From positions 31,248 to 95,247 of the forward strand of contig CACWIS010000005.1 of assembly GCA_902761055.1 (NCBI GenBank): a DNA stretch of 64,000 bases, given 5' to 3'. The notes under the pieces are model-generated. The model made no database searches. It was not told where the DNA came from and saw only the letters and a program-made list of their open reading frames with translations. Shown in pieces: positions 53,948-63,058 of the stretch. The DNA comes from Oscillospiraceae bacterium (lineage in GTDB: Bacteria; Bacillota; Clostridia; Oscillospirales; Oscillospiraceae). The position numbers were made by a program, and so were the translations under genes. Each line of letters starts with the position of its first letter. Position 1 is the first letter of the stretch.

Positions 53948-54345
53948 ACAACAACAGAAGGATGATCCTCTCCGTACTGGAGATCGCGGTCGGCGCGGCG
54001 CTGCTCGTCTGCGTCAAGCTCGCCGGGGGCGACAGCGTCTGGCTCGGCATGGGCGGCGCCCTCATCGCGGTCGGGCTGATGCATCTGATCCTGGGGCTTC
54101 GCTACAAGACGGACGAGAGCTACCGCGAAAAGGTCGAAGTCGAGGCCGCGGACGAGCGCAACGCCTTTATCCGCTCCCAGGCCTGGGTCTGGGCGGGCAC
54201 CGGCTTCGTGATCGCCGGCGGCGTGCTGACCGTTGTTTTCCTGCTTCTCGGCAAGCAGGAGCTCAGCACCTTTCCCGGCTTCGCCGTGAGCATGCTCGTG
54301 CTGCTCTACTGGCTCTCCTATCTTTATCTGAAAAAGAAATACTGA
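53944..54345 (+). CDS. DUF2178-like four-TM membrane protein
   Basis: ATGA overlap with the XRE gene. 133 aa with four hydrophobic segments. Confidence 0.65.
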   Translation: MNNNRRMILSVLEIAVGAALLVCVKLAGGDSVWLGMGGALIAVGLMHLILGLRYKTDESYREKVEVEAADERNAFIRSQAWVWAGTGFVIAGGVLTVVFLLLGKQELSTFPGFAVSMLVLLYWLSYLYLKKKY

Positions 54346-54365
54346 ACAAACGGGAGGTATGCGCC

Positions 54366-55073
54366 ATGCTGCGTATCGAACACCTGACCAAGACCTTCGG
54401 CGAGAAGCTCGCCGTAGACGATCTCTCGCTGCACATCGCGCCGGGCGAGATCTACGGCTTCATCGGCCACAACGGCGCGGGCAAGACCACGACGCTGCGC
54501 TCCGCAGTCGGCATCCAGAGCTTCGACGCCGGCGAGATCTTCATCTGCGGGACCTCGATCAAGACCGATCCCCTCGCCTGCAAGCGTCAGATCGCCTACA
54601 TCCCGGACAACCCGGATCTCTACGAGTTCATGTCCGGCGTCAAATATCTCAACTTCATCGCCGACGTCTTCGGCGTCCCGGCGGAGCTGCGCGCCGCGCG
54701 CATCGCGGACTACGCCGCACGCTTCGAGCTGACGGACGACCTGGGCCAGCCGATCTCGGCCTACTCCCACGGCATGAAGCAGAAGCTCGCGATCATCTCC
54801 GCCTGGCTGCACGACCCGAAGCTGATCCTGATGGACGAGCCCTTCGTCGGGCTCGACCCGAAGGCCGCCTTCCTGCTCAAGGGCATGATGCGCGAGCTCT
54901 GCGACCGCGGCGGCGCGATCTTCTTCTCCACGCACGTGCTCGAGGTCGCCGAAAAGCTCTGCGACAAGGTCGCGATCATCAAGCAGGGGCGGCTGATCCG
55001 CTCCGGCACGATGGAGGAGGTCAAGGGCGACGACTCGCTCGAAGAGGTCTTTCTGGAGCTGGAGGCGGACTGA
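54366..55073 (+). CDS. ABC transporter ATP-binding protein
   Basis: Walker A GHNGAGKTT, signature YSHGMKQKL, Walker B LILMDEPFVGLD. Confidence 0.9.
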   Translation: MLRIEHLTKTFGEKLAVDDLSLHIAPGEIYGFIGHNGAGKTTTLRSAVGIQSFDAGEIFICGTSIKTDPLACKRQIAYIPDNPDLYEFMSGVKYLNFIADVFGVPAELRAARIADYAARFELTDDLGQPISAYSHGMKQKLAIISAWLHDPKLILMDEPFVGLDPKAAFLLKGMMRELCDRGGAIFFSTHVLEVAEKLCDKVAIIKQGRLIRSGTMEEVKGDDSLEEVFLELEAD

Positions 55074-55074
55074 T

Positions 55075-56673
55075 ATGGTCAAGACGCTTCTGAAAAAGCA
55101 GTTTGCGGAGATCTTCCGCAGCTACTTTTACGACACGAAAAAGAACCGGGCCCGCTCGAAGGCCGGGACGATCGCCTATATCGTCCTGTTCGTGCTGCTC
55201 ATGGCGGGCATGCTCGGCGGCACCTTCGGCGCGATGGCCTTCTCGCTCTGCTCGCCGCTCGTCGAGGCGGGCGCGGGCTGGCTGTACTTCGCGCTGATGG
55301 GCGCGATCGCGATCCTCCTCGGTCTGTTCGGCAGCGTGTTCTCCACCTACACGGGGCTGTACCTCGCCAAAGACAACGACCTGCTGCTCTCGATGCCGAT
55401 CCCGACGGGCGCGATCATGCTCGCGCGGCTGCTGGGCGTGTATCTGATGGGGCTGATGTACAGCGCGGTCGTGATCGTTCCGGCCGTCGTCGTCTATCTC
55501 ATCACGGTCCCCTTCTCCGGCGCCGCGCTGCTCGGCTGCCTCGTGCTGATCCTGCTGCTGTCCGTGTTCGTGCTGACGCTCTCCTGCCTGCTCGGCTGGG
55601 TCGTGGCGAAGATCAGCGTGAAGCTGAAAAACAAGAGCATGGTCACGGTGCTCATCGCGCTTGCGTTCATCGCCCTGTATTATTTCTGCTATTTCAAGGC
55701 GATGAACCTGATCCGCGAGCTCATCGCGAACATCGCCGTCTACGGCCCCGCGATCCGAGAGAAAGCCTGCGGCATCTATCTCTTCGGCAGCGTGGGCGAG
55801 GGAAACTGGATCGGCATGGCAGTCTGCACGGCCGCCGTCGCGCTGATCTTCGGCCTGATGTGGAAGCTGCTGGGACGCACCTTTCTTTCACTCGCCACGG
55901 CAACGGGAGCCGCAGAAAAGGTCAAATACACCGCGCGCCGCGAGAAGCAGCGCAGCGCGGCTTCGGCGCTGCTGCGAAAGGAATTCGGCCGTCTCTCGTC
56001 GAGCGCGAACTACATGCTCAACTGCGCCCTGAGCACGCTGCTGCTCCCGATCCTGGCCGCGGTCTTGCTCGTCAAGGGGCCGGCCGTCGTCGAGGCGCTC
56101 TCGTCGGTCTTCGGCGGGATCGGCGGCGCGGTGACGGTGCTCTTCGCCACGGCGCTGTGCATGGCCGCGACGATGAACGACACGGCCGCTCCCTCCGTCT
56201 CGCTCGAGGGGAAAAACATCTGGATCCCGCAGTCGCTGCCCGTCGAGCCCTGGATCGTCCTGCGCTCCAAGGTGCTGGTGCAGCTCATCCTGACGCTGCC
56301 GGGGCTGCTGCTCGCCATCGTCTGCTGCCTCCTCGTGCTGCGTCCGGCGACGGCGGAGGCCGTCCCCCTCGCCGTCCTGCCGCTGTGCTTTGCGGTCTTC
56401 TTCGCGCTGCTGGGCGTGACGCTCGACCTCAAGCGCGCCAACCTGAAATGGACGAACGAGCTCGCGCCGATCAAGCAGAGCTTTCCGGTCACGGTCGTCC
56501 TCCTCGGCGGCTGGTTCCTCGCCGCGGCGCTCGCGGGCGTGTATCTGCTGCTCGCGCCTCCCTTCGGCGCGGCCGCGTATCTCTGGTGCTTCGCCGCGCT
56601 CATGGCGGCGGGCTCGCTGGCGCTGTATCTCTGGCTGCGCCGCAAAGGCGGAACGGTGTTCATGGAGCTGTAA
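55075..56673 (+). CDS. ABC-2-type transporter permease (large, at least 10 TM)
   Basis: 532 aa and highly hydrophobic. Starts 1 nt after the ATPase stop. Confidence 0.7.
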   Translation: MVKTLLKKQFAEIFRSYFYDTKKNRARSKAGTIAYIVLFVLLMAGMLGGTFGAMAFSLCSPLVEAGAGWLYFALMGAIAILLGLFGSVFSTYTGLYLAKDNDLLLSMPIPTGAIMLARLLGVYLMGLMYSAVVIVPAVVVYLITVPFSGAALLGCLVLILLLSVFVLTLSCLLGWVVAKISVKLKNKSMVTVLIALAFIALYYFCYFKAMNLIRELIANIAVYGPAIREKACGIYLFGSVGEGNWIGMAVCTAAVALIFGLMWKLLGRTFLSLATATGAAEKVKYTARREKQRSAASALLRKEFGRLSSSANYMLNCALSTLLLPILAAVLLVKGPAVVEALSSVFGGIGGAVTVLFATALCMAATMNDTAAPSVSLEGKNIWIPQSLPVEPWIVLRSKVLVQLILTLPGLLLAIVCCLLVLRPATAEAVPLAVLPLCFAVFFALLGVTLDLKRANLKWTNELAPIKQSFPVTVVLLGGWFLAAALAGVYLLLAPPFGAAAYLWCFAALMAAGSLALYLWLRRKGGTVFMEL

Positions 56674-56680
56674 AAAGTCA

Positions 56681-56716
56681 AAAAAAGACAGGCCCTTCCA
56701 GGCCTGTCTTTTTTTG
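56681..56716. terminator. bidirectional intrinsic terminator
   Basis: Stem AAAGACAGGCC/GGCCTGTCTTT flanked by an A-run and a T-run. Lies between convergent operons. Confidence 0.85.
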
Positions 56717-56725
56717 TTTCGGGGC

Positions 56726-57586
56726 TTATCCCTTGACCGCGCCGCTGGTCATGCCGGCGATGATCTGTTCCTGGAAAAGGATGTAGCCGATGATCGAGGG
56801 GATGATCGAGATCATGATCGCGGCGTACATCGAAACATAGTCCGTGGAGAACTGGTTGGTGAAGTAGCGGATACCGACCTGGATCGTGCGCAGCTTCTCC
56901 GACGAGACGAGGAGGTTGGCAAACACAAACTCGTTCCAGCAGGTGAGGAACTCGAAGGTCGCGGCCGTTACGATGCCCGTGCGGGACAGCGGCAGGATGA
57001 TGTGGAAGAAGCGGCCGAAGAAGCCGCAGCCGTCGATGTAGGCGGCCTCCTCGAGCTCCATGGGGATGGAGTCCATCAGCCCGCGGATGAGGAAGGTGGA
57101 CATCGGGATGCCGATGGCGCAGTACAGCAGGATCATGCCGCCGTAGGTGTTGATCAGCCCCAGCTTCGTGATGATGACGAAATAGGGCACCATCAGCGCG
57201 TTGAGCGGCACGAGGATGCCGGCCGTGAAGAGCGTGAAGATCTTTTCCCGTCCGTTGAAGCGGAAGCGGGAGATGCAGTACGCGCCCATGCTGGCGACGA
57301 TGATGTTGAACACCGTCGCGCTCAGACCGACGATCACGGAGTTGAGCAGCATGCGCCCGAGACCGGCGACCGTGAGGGCGTTGATGTAGTTCTGCCACTG
57401 CGGCACGGCGGGCAGCGCGAAGGGCGAGCCGGCCAGGAACTCGAAGTTCGTCTTCAGAGACGAGATGAACAGCCAGATCAGCGGGAAGAGCGTGTAGAGC
57501 GCGAAGAAGATGATCAGGAACCAGCGCAGGACCGCAAGGATCAGCTCCCTGCCCTGCAGGCTCGGGCGAACTCTTGTCTGACTCAT
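56726..57586 (-). CDS. carbohydrate ABC transporter permease (MalG-like)
   Basis: 286 aa. EAA loop LEEAAYIDGCGFFGRFFHIILP. Confidence 0.88.
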   Translation of the reverse strand: MSQTRVRPSLQGRELILAVLRWFLIIFFALYTLFPLIWLFISSLKTNFEFLAGSPFALPAVPQWQNYINALTVAGLGRMLLNSVIVGLSATVFNIIVASMGAYCISRFRFNGREKIFTLFTAGILVPLNALMVPYFVIITKLGLINTYGGMILLYCAIGIPMSTFLIRGLMDSIPMELEEAAYIDGCGFFGRFFHIILPLSRTGIVTAATFEFLTCWNEFVFANLLVSSEKLRTIQVGIRYFTNQFSTDYVSMYAAIMISIIPSIIGYILFQEQIIAGMTSGAVKG

Positions 57587-58488
57587 TTCCCTGCCCTCAC
57601 CTTCTTGACCTTCACCGTCTCGCTGCGCCCCTCAAAGAGCTTGCGGATGGCGACGATGAAGACGACGCCCACGAGGATCAGGATGACCGCCGAGGCGCTC
57701 GCCACGCCGTAGTTGGAATCCTGCAGCTTCTTGTACATATACAGCACGATCGTCGAGGTCGTGTTGGCCGGGCCGCCGTTCGTGAGCATATAGACCTGCT
57801 CGAACTGACGCAGGCCCATGACGCTCGCGAGCGTCACGCAGGTCAGCAGCGAGGTGCGGCGGATCAGCGGGATCGTGATGTGGATCGCCTGCTGGAAATC
57901 CGTCGCGCCGTCGATCGTCGCGGCCTCGTAATAGCTCTCGTCGATCGTCGTGATGTCAGCCATCATGATGACCATGTAGTAGCCGACGTAGAAGACCCAG
58001 TAGATCAGCACGGCCGGGAAGGCGGTCTTGATCCCGCCCAGCCAGTCGCAGGCCAGGTGTCCCATGCCGACGGATTTCAGGATGCCGTTGAGCAGGCCGG
58101 TCTCGGCGTTGTAGACCGCACGCCACAGCATGGCCAGCGCGATGCCGGAAATGACCTGCGGGAAGAAATAGACCGTGCGGAAGAACTTCCATCCCTTCGG
58201 CTTGCGCGAGAGGATGATCGCCATGACCATGGCCAGCGGCACCTGGATGAAGCCGGCCACCAGCGCCCAGATGACGTTGTTGGTGACGGAACGGATAAAG
58301 GCCTTGTCCTTGAACAGCAGCATATAGTTGCGGATGTTGCGGAACTCGGGCGCGGAGATGCCGTTCCATTTCATCAGGCTGACGACGGCGACATAGATGA
58401 CGGGGATCACGAAGAAGACCAGCATCAGAATGATGGCGGGCCCGAGAAAAGCCCACAGCGGCCCTCTGTCGGAGCGCTCTAACTTCAA
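57583..58488 (-). CDS. carbohydrate ABC transporter permease (MalF-like)
   Basis: TTG start at 58488 after GGAGG. EAA loop YYEAATIDGATDFQQAIHITIP. 4-nt overlap with the next permease gene. Confidence 0.88.
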   Translation of the reverse strand: MKLERSDRGPLWAFLGPAIILMLVFFVIPVIYVAVVSLMKWNGISAPEFRNIRNYMLLFKDKAFIRSVTNNVIWALVAGFIQVPLAMVMAIILSRKPKGWKFFRTVYFFPQVISGIALAMLWRAVYNAETGLLNGILKSVGMGHLACDWLGGIKTAFPAVLIYWVFYVGYYMVIMMADITTIDESYYEAATIDGATDFQQAIHITIPLIRRTSLLTCVTLASVMGLRQFEQVYMLTNGGPANTTSTIVLYMYKKLQDSNYGVASASAVILILVGVVFIVAIRKLFEGRSETVKVKKVRAGK

Positions 58489-58513
58489 ATTGCCACCTCC
58501 TTGGAAAAGTGCA

Positions 58514-58545
58514 GAATAGGGTGCGCGGTGAGACGCACCCTATTC
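58514..58545 (-). other. intercistronic stem-loop between the binding-protein and permease genes
   Basis: Perfect 12-bp stem GAATAGGGTGCG/CGCACCCTATTC. Typical of a 3' stabiliser or attenuator after ABC binding-protein genes. Confidence 0.55.
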
Positions 58546-58567
58546 GGAAAAGCGAACTGTGACAGCC

Positions 58568-59914
58568 TTACTCGGCCATGTCGATCGCGGTCTGGAGCTG
58601 ATCGACGAAGCCCTGGGCGTCGACCTGGCCGCCGATGAGGGCGGAGACCGCAGCCGGGAACTCGGTGGAGAAGGCGGTCGGGAAGGCGCCGTTCACGTGG
58701 ATGATGGTGAAGTCGGCGTCATTGGCGACCTGGGTGAGCTTCTGGGAGATCAGGTTGGTCTCGGGCGAGGGCTCGTACTTGACGAAGAACATCGCGCCGG
58801 AGGTCAGCGCCAGCTCGGAGACGTGCTCGGGATCGGTGAGGTACTTGATGAACTTGACGACGGCCTCTTTCTTGGCCGGGTCGGTCTGCTCGGCAGCGGC
58901 CAGGAAGGCCTGAACGGTGGTCACGAGACCGCCCTCGCCCTTGCCGCCCTCATACTTGGGGTTGGCAGCGACTTCGCAGTCGTCGGCGAGCAGGACGCCG
59001 TCAACGGCGTTCTCTTCCTTGTAGAGGTTGGCGACCCACCACGGACCGTTGAGGTAGATGGCGGTGTCGCGCTTCAGCCAGTGGCCGTTCACGTCGCCGG
59101 CGCCGGCGGAGAGGGCGCCCTCGAAGGTGTAGTCATACATCTGCTTGAGGACCTCGGCAGCCTGCACGAAGGCGGGGTTCTTCAGACCGTCGGCGTAGAC
59201 GTCCTTGCCGCCGATGGCCTCGACGATCAGGGAGTACCACAGCATGGAGCTCCAGCCGTTCTCGCCGGCCATCTGGCCCATGGCGTTGTAGCCGGCAGCC
59301 TTGGCGTCCTTGCAGAACTGGAAGAACTCGTCATAGGTGGCGGGGAAGTGATCCCAGCCGATCTCGTTGAAGATCTTGGTGTTGTAGATCGGGGTGAAGA
59401 CAGCGGACTCGAAGGGCAGGAAGCAGACCTTGCCGTCGACGCTCCAGGCGTCAATGGCGCCGTCCGTGAAGTCCTGGCCCCAGCCCTCGGCGAGGTACGG
59501 GCTCAGGTCCATGAACTTGCCGGAGGTGGTGTAGGCCTTGATGTCATAGGTGGTATCGAGGATGCACAGGTCGGGGGTGTTGCCGGTGGTGATGGTGGTG
59601 CGCAGCTTGTCGCGGGCAGCCTGGTAGTCGGTCTGCTCCTCGACGACGACCTTGATGGAGCCGGCGTTTTCCTCATTGAACTGCGCGATCAGCTTCTCCA
59701 TGTAGGGGGCCTTGGAGTCGGTGCCGACCCAGACGCTGGGGAAGTTGATGACGATCTCCTCCGCGGGAGCGGCGGGAGCCTCGGCGGCGGGGGCCTCGGC
59801 GGCGGGAGCCTCGGCAGGCTTCTCGGCGGCGGGAGCCGGAGCCGCCTGCTGGCCGCAGGCGCAGAGCGCGAAGATCATGCAGAGCGCAAGCAGCAGAGCA
59901 AGTGCTTTTTTCAT
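58568..59914 (-). CDS. extracellular solute-binding lipoprotein of the sugar ABC transporter
   Basis: Lipobox FALCACG, then an Ala/Pro/Glu linker (AEAPA repeats), then a family-1 SBP fold of about 400 aa. Confidence 0.88.
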   Translation of the reverse strand: MKKALALLLALCMIFALCACGQQAAPAPAAEKPAEAPAAEAPAAEAPAAPAEEIVINFPSVWVGTDSKAPYMEKLIAQFNEENAGSIKVVVEEQTDYQAARDKLRTTITTGNTPDLCILDTTYDIKAYTTSGKFMDLSPYLAEGWGQDFTDGAIDAWSVDGKVCFLPFESAVFTPIYNTKIFNEIGWDHFPATYDEFFQFCKDAKAAGYNAMGQMAGENGWSSMLWYSLIVEAIGGKDVYADGLKNPAFVQAAEVLKQMYDYTFEGALSAGAGDVNGHWLKRDTAIYLNGPWWVANLYKEENAVDGVLLADDCEVAANPKYEGGKGEGGLVTTVQAFLAAAEQTDPAKKEAVVKFIKYLTDPEHVSELALTSGAMFFVKYEPSPETNLISQKLTQVANDADFTIIHVNGAFPTAFSTEFPAAVSALIGGQVDAQGFVDQLQTAIDMAE

Positions 59915-59961
59915 GTGTTCTCTCCTTTTCCTTTTTCGGTCCGGTCTCGCCGGGCCTTTAA

Positions 59962-59974
59962 TTAACAGCGTTAA
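59962..59974. promoter_or_regulatory. palindrome in the SBP leader (candidate repressor operator)
   Basis: TTAAC-AGC-GTTAA lies between the predicted promoter and the RBS. Confidence 0.3.
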
Positions 59975-60015
59975 ATATTTTGCCGCAAAAAAACGCCTTG
60001 CGGCTTTACAGCTTG

Positions 60016-60044
60016 ATTATACGGGTCTTTTGGCATTTTGTAAA
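60016..60044 (-). promoter_or_regulatory. sigma-70 promoter for the ABC transporter genes
   Basis: On the minus strand: TTTACA (60044-60039), 17 nt, TATAAT (60021-60016). Confidence 0.5.
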
Positions 60045-60100
60045 GCCCTCGCCGTCTCACGAATATATAGATTTTCCCCCGGTGTTTTTGTGCATCTTGT

Positions 60101-60148
60101 ATAAAAAGCGCCCCGGAGAGTCCGCAAACCGGCTCCCCGGGGCGCTTT
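60101..60148 (-). terminator. intrinsic terminator after the GH31 gene
   Basis: On the minus strand: AAAGCGCCCCGG...CCGGGGCGCTTT followed by TTAT. Confidence 0.7.
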
Positions 60149-60159
60149 ATTTAACCATT

Positions 60160-62157
60160 TTAACCAAAATCCTTTGCGAGCCTGCGGAACAGCGCCTCGT
60201 GGGCGCAGCCTTCGCGGAAGAAGACCGGCGGGAAGCCCATCGGCGCGGGGACCGTCGCGTCGCCGCCCGCGAAGCGCTCGCCGCTCCAGAGGTGGACCCA
60301 GCTGCCCGCGGGCAGATACAGCGTCCGCGCCGCCGCGCCCGGCTCCACGACCGGGGCGACGAGCAGCTCCTCGCCGAGGAGGTAGCTGTAGTTCTCCCGC
60401 GCCCAGGCGCGCGCGTCGGCCGGATCGTCGAGGAAGAGCGGCCGCATGACCGGGACGCCCGTCTCGCTGTTGAGGCGCACGCACTCCTTCATATAGGGCA
60501 GCAGCGCCGTGTGCAGCTTCGACAGACGCGCCGCCTTTTCGATGATCTCCTCGCTCGAATAGAGCTGGACGTTGCTGTCCGGGCGGTTGCCCTCGTGCGT
60601 GCGCATGACGGGCGTGAAGCAGGCGAACTCCAGCCAGCGCAGCAGCAGCTCGGCGTCGCGTTTGAGATGGAACAGCGTCGTGTAGCCGCCCGCGTCGCAG
60701 GTGTGCAGCCCATAGCCGCTCATGCCGAGCGTGAGCGCCGCCGTGACGACAGAGGGCAGGCCGTCGTCCTCGCTCCAGTCCACGCACTGGTCCCCCGCCC
60801 AGACGAGCGTGGCGTAGCGCTGGCTTCCGGCCGCGCCTGCGCGCATATAGAACACGCACTCGCCCAGCAGGCCGCACTCCTCGACCGCCTCGCGGCAGCA
60901 CTTCGCCCAGAGCATCGGCCAGGCGTTGTGCTCCTCCATGCCGCAGCCGCCGAAGCAGACCGCGTCGGCGGGCAGATACTCGCCGAAATCGGCCATCCAG
61001 CCGCGGAAGCCCAGGCCGATGAGATTCGTTTTGACGACGTCCTTGTACCACGCGAAGGCCTCCGGCATCGTCAGATCGACCACGCCGCAGTCGTATTCGC
61101 CGAAGTCGAAGAGGTAGTCCTCTCCTTCCCGGTTTTTGACGAAATAGCTCTTTTCCTTCGCCTCGCCGAAGAGCACGCCGCCCTCGACGAGATAGGGATT
61201 CATGTAGCCCATCCAGCGCGTGTCCGGGTCGGAGGCGATCACGGCGTCAAGGCCGGGATACATCTCGCGGTTCCAGCGCCAGTCCCACTGCAGGCGCTTG
61301 CCGAAGGAGGTCACGCGCTTGCCCTCCCAGTCCTGGATCCAGACCGCGGGGATCTCCATGCCGCCTCTGCGGCAGCGCTCCAGCAGCTCCGTCACGCGCT
61401 CGGTTCCGCCCTGTACGCCGAGCCAGATGCCGCGCATCGCCCAGTCGGGCAGCGCGGGCTGGCGGCCGAGCAGCTCCGTCAGCCTGCCGAGCAGCTCGCG
61501 GAGGCTCTCCCCCGCGCCAAGCACGAGCGAGAGCGCCGTCGACCACAGCGCGAGCTCGTGGAAGCGCGCGTCGCGGAAGTCCAGCTCGCTGTATTCGTAG
61601 TTCTCCAGATGCGCGAAGTACAGGCGCGAGGAGAGAAAAGTCGGCTGCGGGAAGAAGGTCGTGTGGTAGTCTCCGCCGCCGCCGTCGCTGCAGTCGGCCA
61701 GGCGCGTGATCTCGGTAAGCTTGTTGCGGCCCACGCCCTGCTCGCGCGTCCAGATCGGGAAGCTCCTCCCGCGCAGATCGAGACAGGAGAACTGCTCGCC
61801 GCCGCCCGTGACGTGCTCGTCCGCCTCGGCGGGAAAGCGCAGATACAGGCGGTTGAAGCGCGCGTCCTCCGTGCTGCCGCGCAGGAAGACGAGCCCGTCC
61901 CGCTCCTCGACCGTCAGCACGTAGTCTCCCGCGAGCTCGCCGCTCGTGAAGCGGGCCTCGCCGTTTTCAAACGAGACGAAGTGCAGCGGCACGCGCTCCG
62001 AGACGCGGTCGGACACGTCGAAGTTGCCGCGGTACATGGTGATCGTCTCCTCCCCGCAGCCGAGGAAGAGCGCCGGGCGCTGCGGCGTGTGGGAAAGAAT
62101 CTCTATGCCGTTGAGGGAGAGGCGGAAGCTGTCCCAGGTGGTGTGGATCGAAAGCAT
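60160..62157 (-). CDS. yihQ: GH31 YihQ-family glycosidase, sulfoquinovosidase-type
   Basis: 665 aa, collinear with my recollection of E. coli YihQ (GEQFS.LDLRG..FP.WT.EQGVGRNK, GGDY..TFFPQPTF, WIQDWEGKRVTSFGKRLQWDWRWN, GWMADFGEYLP, WAGDQ.VDWS, GGYTTLF, MRTHEGNRP). The R288/W291/Y492 sulfonate-binding triad is present. Confidence 0.85.
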   Translation of the reverse strand: MLSIHTTWDSFRLSLNGIEILSHTPQRPALFLGCGEETITMYRGNFDVSDRVSERVPLHFVSFENGEARFTSGELAGDYVLTVEERDGLVFLRGSTEDARFNRLYLRFPAEADEHVTGGGEQFSCLDLRGRSFPIWTREQGVGRNKLTEITRLADCSDGGGGDYHTTFFPQPTFLSSRLYFAHLENYEYSELDFRDARFHELALWSTALSLVLGAGESLRELLGRLTELLGRQPALPDWAMRGIWLGVQGGTERVTELLERCRRGGMEIPAVWIQDWEGKRVTSFGKRLQWDWRWNREMYPGLDAVIASDPDTRWMGYMNPYLVEGGVLFGEAKEKSYFVKNREGEDYLFDFGEYDCGVVDLTMPEAFAWYKDVVKTNLIGLGFRGWMADFGEYLPADAVCFGGCGMEEHNAWPMLWAKCCREAVEECGLLGECVFYMRAGAAGSQRYATLVWAGDQCVDWSEDDGLPSVVTAALTLGMSGYGLHTCDAGGYTTLFHLKRDAELLLRWLEFACFTPVMRTHEGNRPDSNVQLYSSEEIIEKAARLSKLHTALLPYMKECVRLNSETGVPVMRPLFLDDPADARAWARENYSYLLGEELLVAPVVEPGAAARTLYLPAGSWVHLWSGERFAGGDATVPAPMGFPPVFFREGCAHEALFRRLAKDFG

Positions 62158-62176
62158 GGCGTACCTCTTATCTGTA

Positions 62177-62797
62177 TTATTCGTTGAACCAGTCGTCCCC
62201 GTCCGTGCTCGTGCTGTCGGCCGTCAGGGGCTTGAAGACCGGCTCGATGTGCAGGCTCAGCAGCAGGCAGAAGAGCCCCGGGAGCAGCGGGAGGATCGCC
62301 GGCATCAGCCAGACGACGACCAGAAAAGCGACGAGCTCCGCCGTCATCAGCAGCGTCGCGCCGATGTGGCGCAGCGCGAGATAGCCGCAGTATTTCAGCG
62401 TCCCGCCGATCGTGTTGGAAAAGCGTGAGATAAAGGCGAAGAGCCAGGGAAAGAGCGCCAGCGGGATCAGCAGCAGCATGCGTCCGATCATGCCGAACAC
62501 CGGCTTGGCCCCCATCATGCCGAAGCCCCAGCTGTCCGCCGCAAAGAGCGCCGCGGCGGCGAGCAGGATCAGCCAGAGCAGCGTGCTCTGTCTGAACTCG
62601 CGCCGGAAGGCGGCGAAAAAGCTCTTTGTCAGGTTGCCGCGCTCGTGCCGGATGCACTTGACGACGGCGTAGTACAGCGCCGTCGAGGCCGCGCCGAGCG
62701 TGAGGACGGGCAGCGAGCACAGCAGCCACAGCAGCCCGGCCCAGACGATCTCGATGATCGCGGTGAGCACCGCGCCGATCTTCGATTCCTTTTTCAC
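62177..62797 (-). CDS. YesL-family (DUF624) membrane protein
   Basis: GTG start at 62797 after AAAGGAGGG. 206 aa with about six TM segments. This is the family that accompanies Firmicutes sugar ABC loci. Confidence 0.7.
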   Translation of the reverse strand: MKKESKIGAVLTAIIEIVWAGLLWLLCSLPVLTLGAASTALYYAVVKCIRHERGNLTKSFFAAFRREFRQSTLLWLILLAAAALFAADSWGFGMMGAKPVFGMIGRMLLLIPLALFPWLFAFISRFSNTIGGTLKYCGYLALRHIGATLLMTAELVAFLVVVWLMPAILPLLPGLFCLLLSLHIEPVFKPLTADSTSTDGDDWFNE

Positions 62798-62822
62798 GCC
62801 GCTTCCCTCCTTTGCGCTTCAC

Positions 62823-62852
62823 AGCATAATACAGCCTCCCGGCAAAAGTCAA
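62823..62852 (-). promoter_or_regulatory. sigma-70-like promoter for yesL-yihQ
   Basis: On the minus strand: TTGACT, 18 nt, TATGCT (62828-62823). Confidence 0.4.
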
Positions 62853-63058
62853 CGCAGAAATGAGCCGCCGGGGAAGAAAGCGGCCCGCCGCTCGAAAAAG
62901 GAAGCGGCCCCGCCTCCCTTTGAGCATGGAAAAAGAGCCGTGAACCGGGCGCTTCCCGCCCTGCCCGCGCAGGCGCGGGAGCGGGGGGCTGAACGGTCCC
63001 CGCATGAACACAGGGCCGCTGCGCGGGGCAGCGGCCCTGTTTGTCCGATCCTGTCCGG

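Noticed and set aside
59768-59840. A tandem repeat of about 15 nt (GCGGGAGCCTCGGCG-like).
   Set aside because: It lies inside the SBP coding frame and encodes the AEAPA linker after the lipobox. It is a protein linker repeat, not a CRISPR-like or regulatory repeat.
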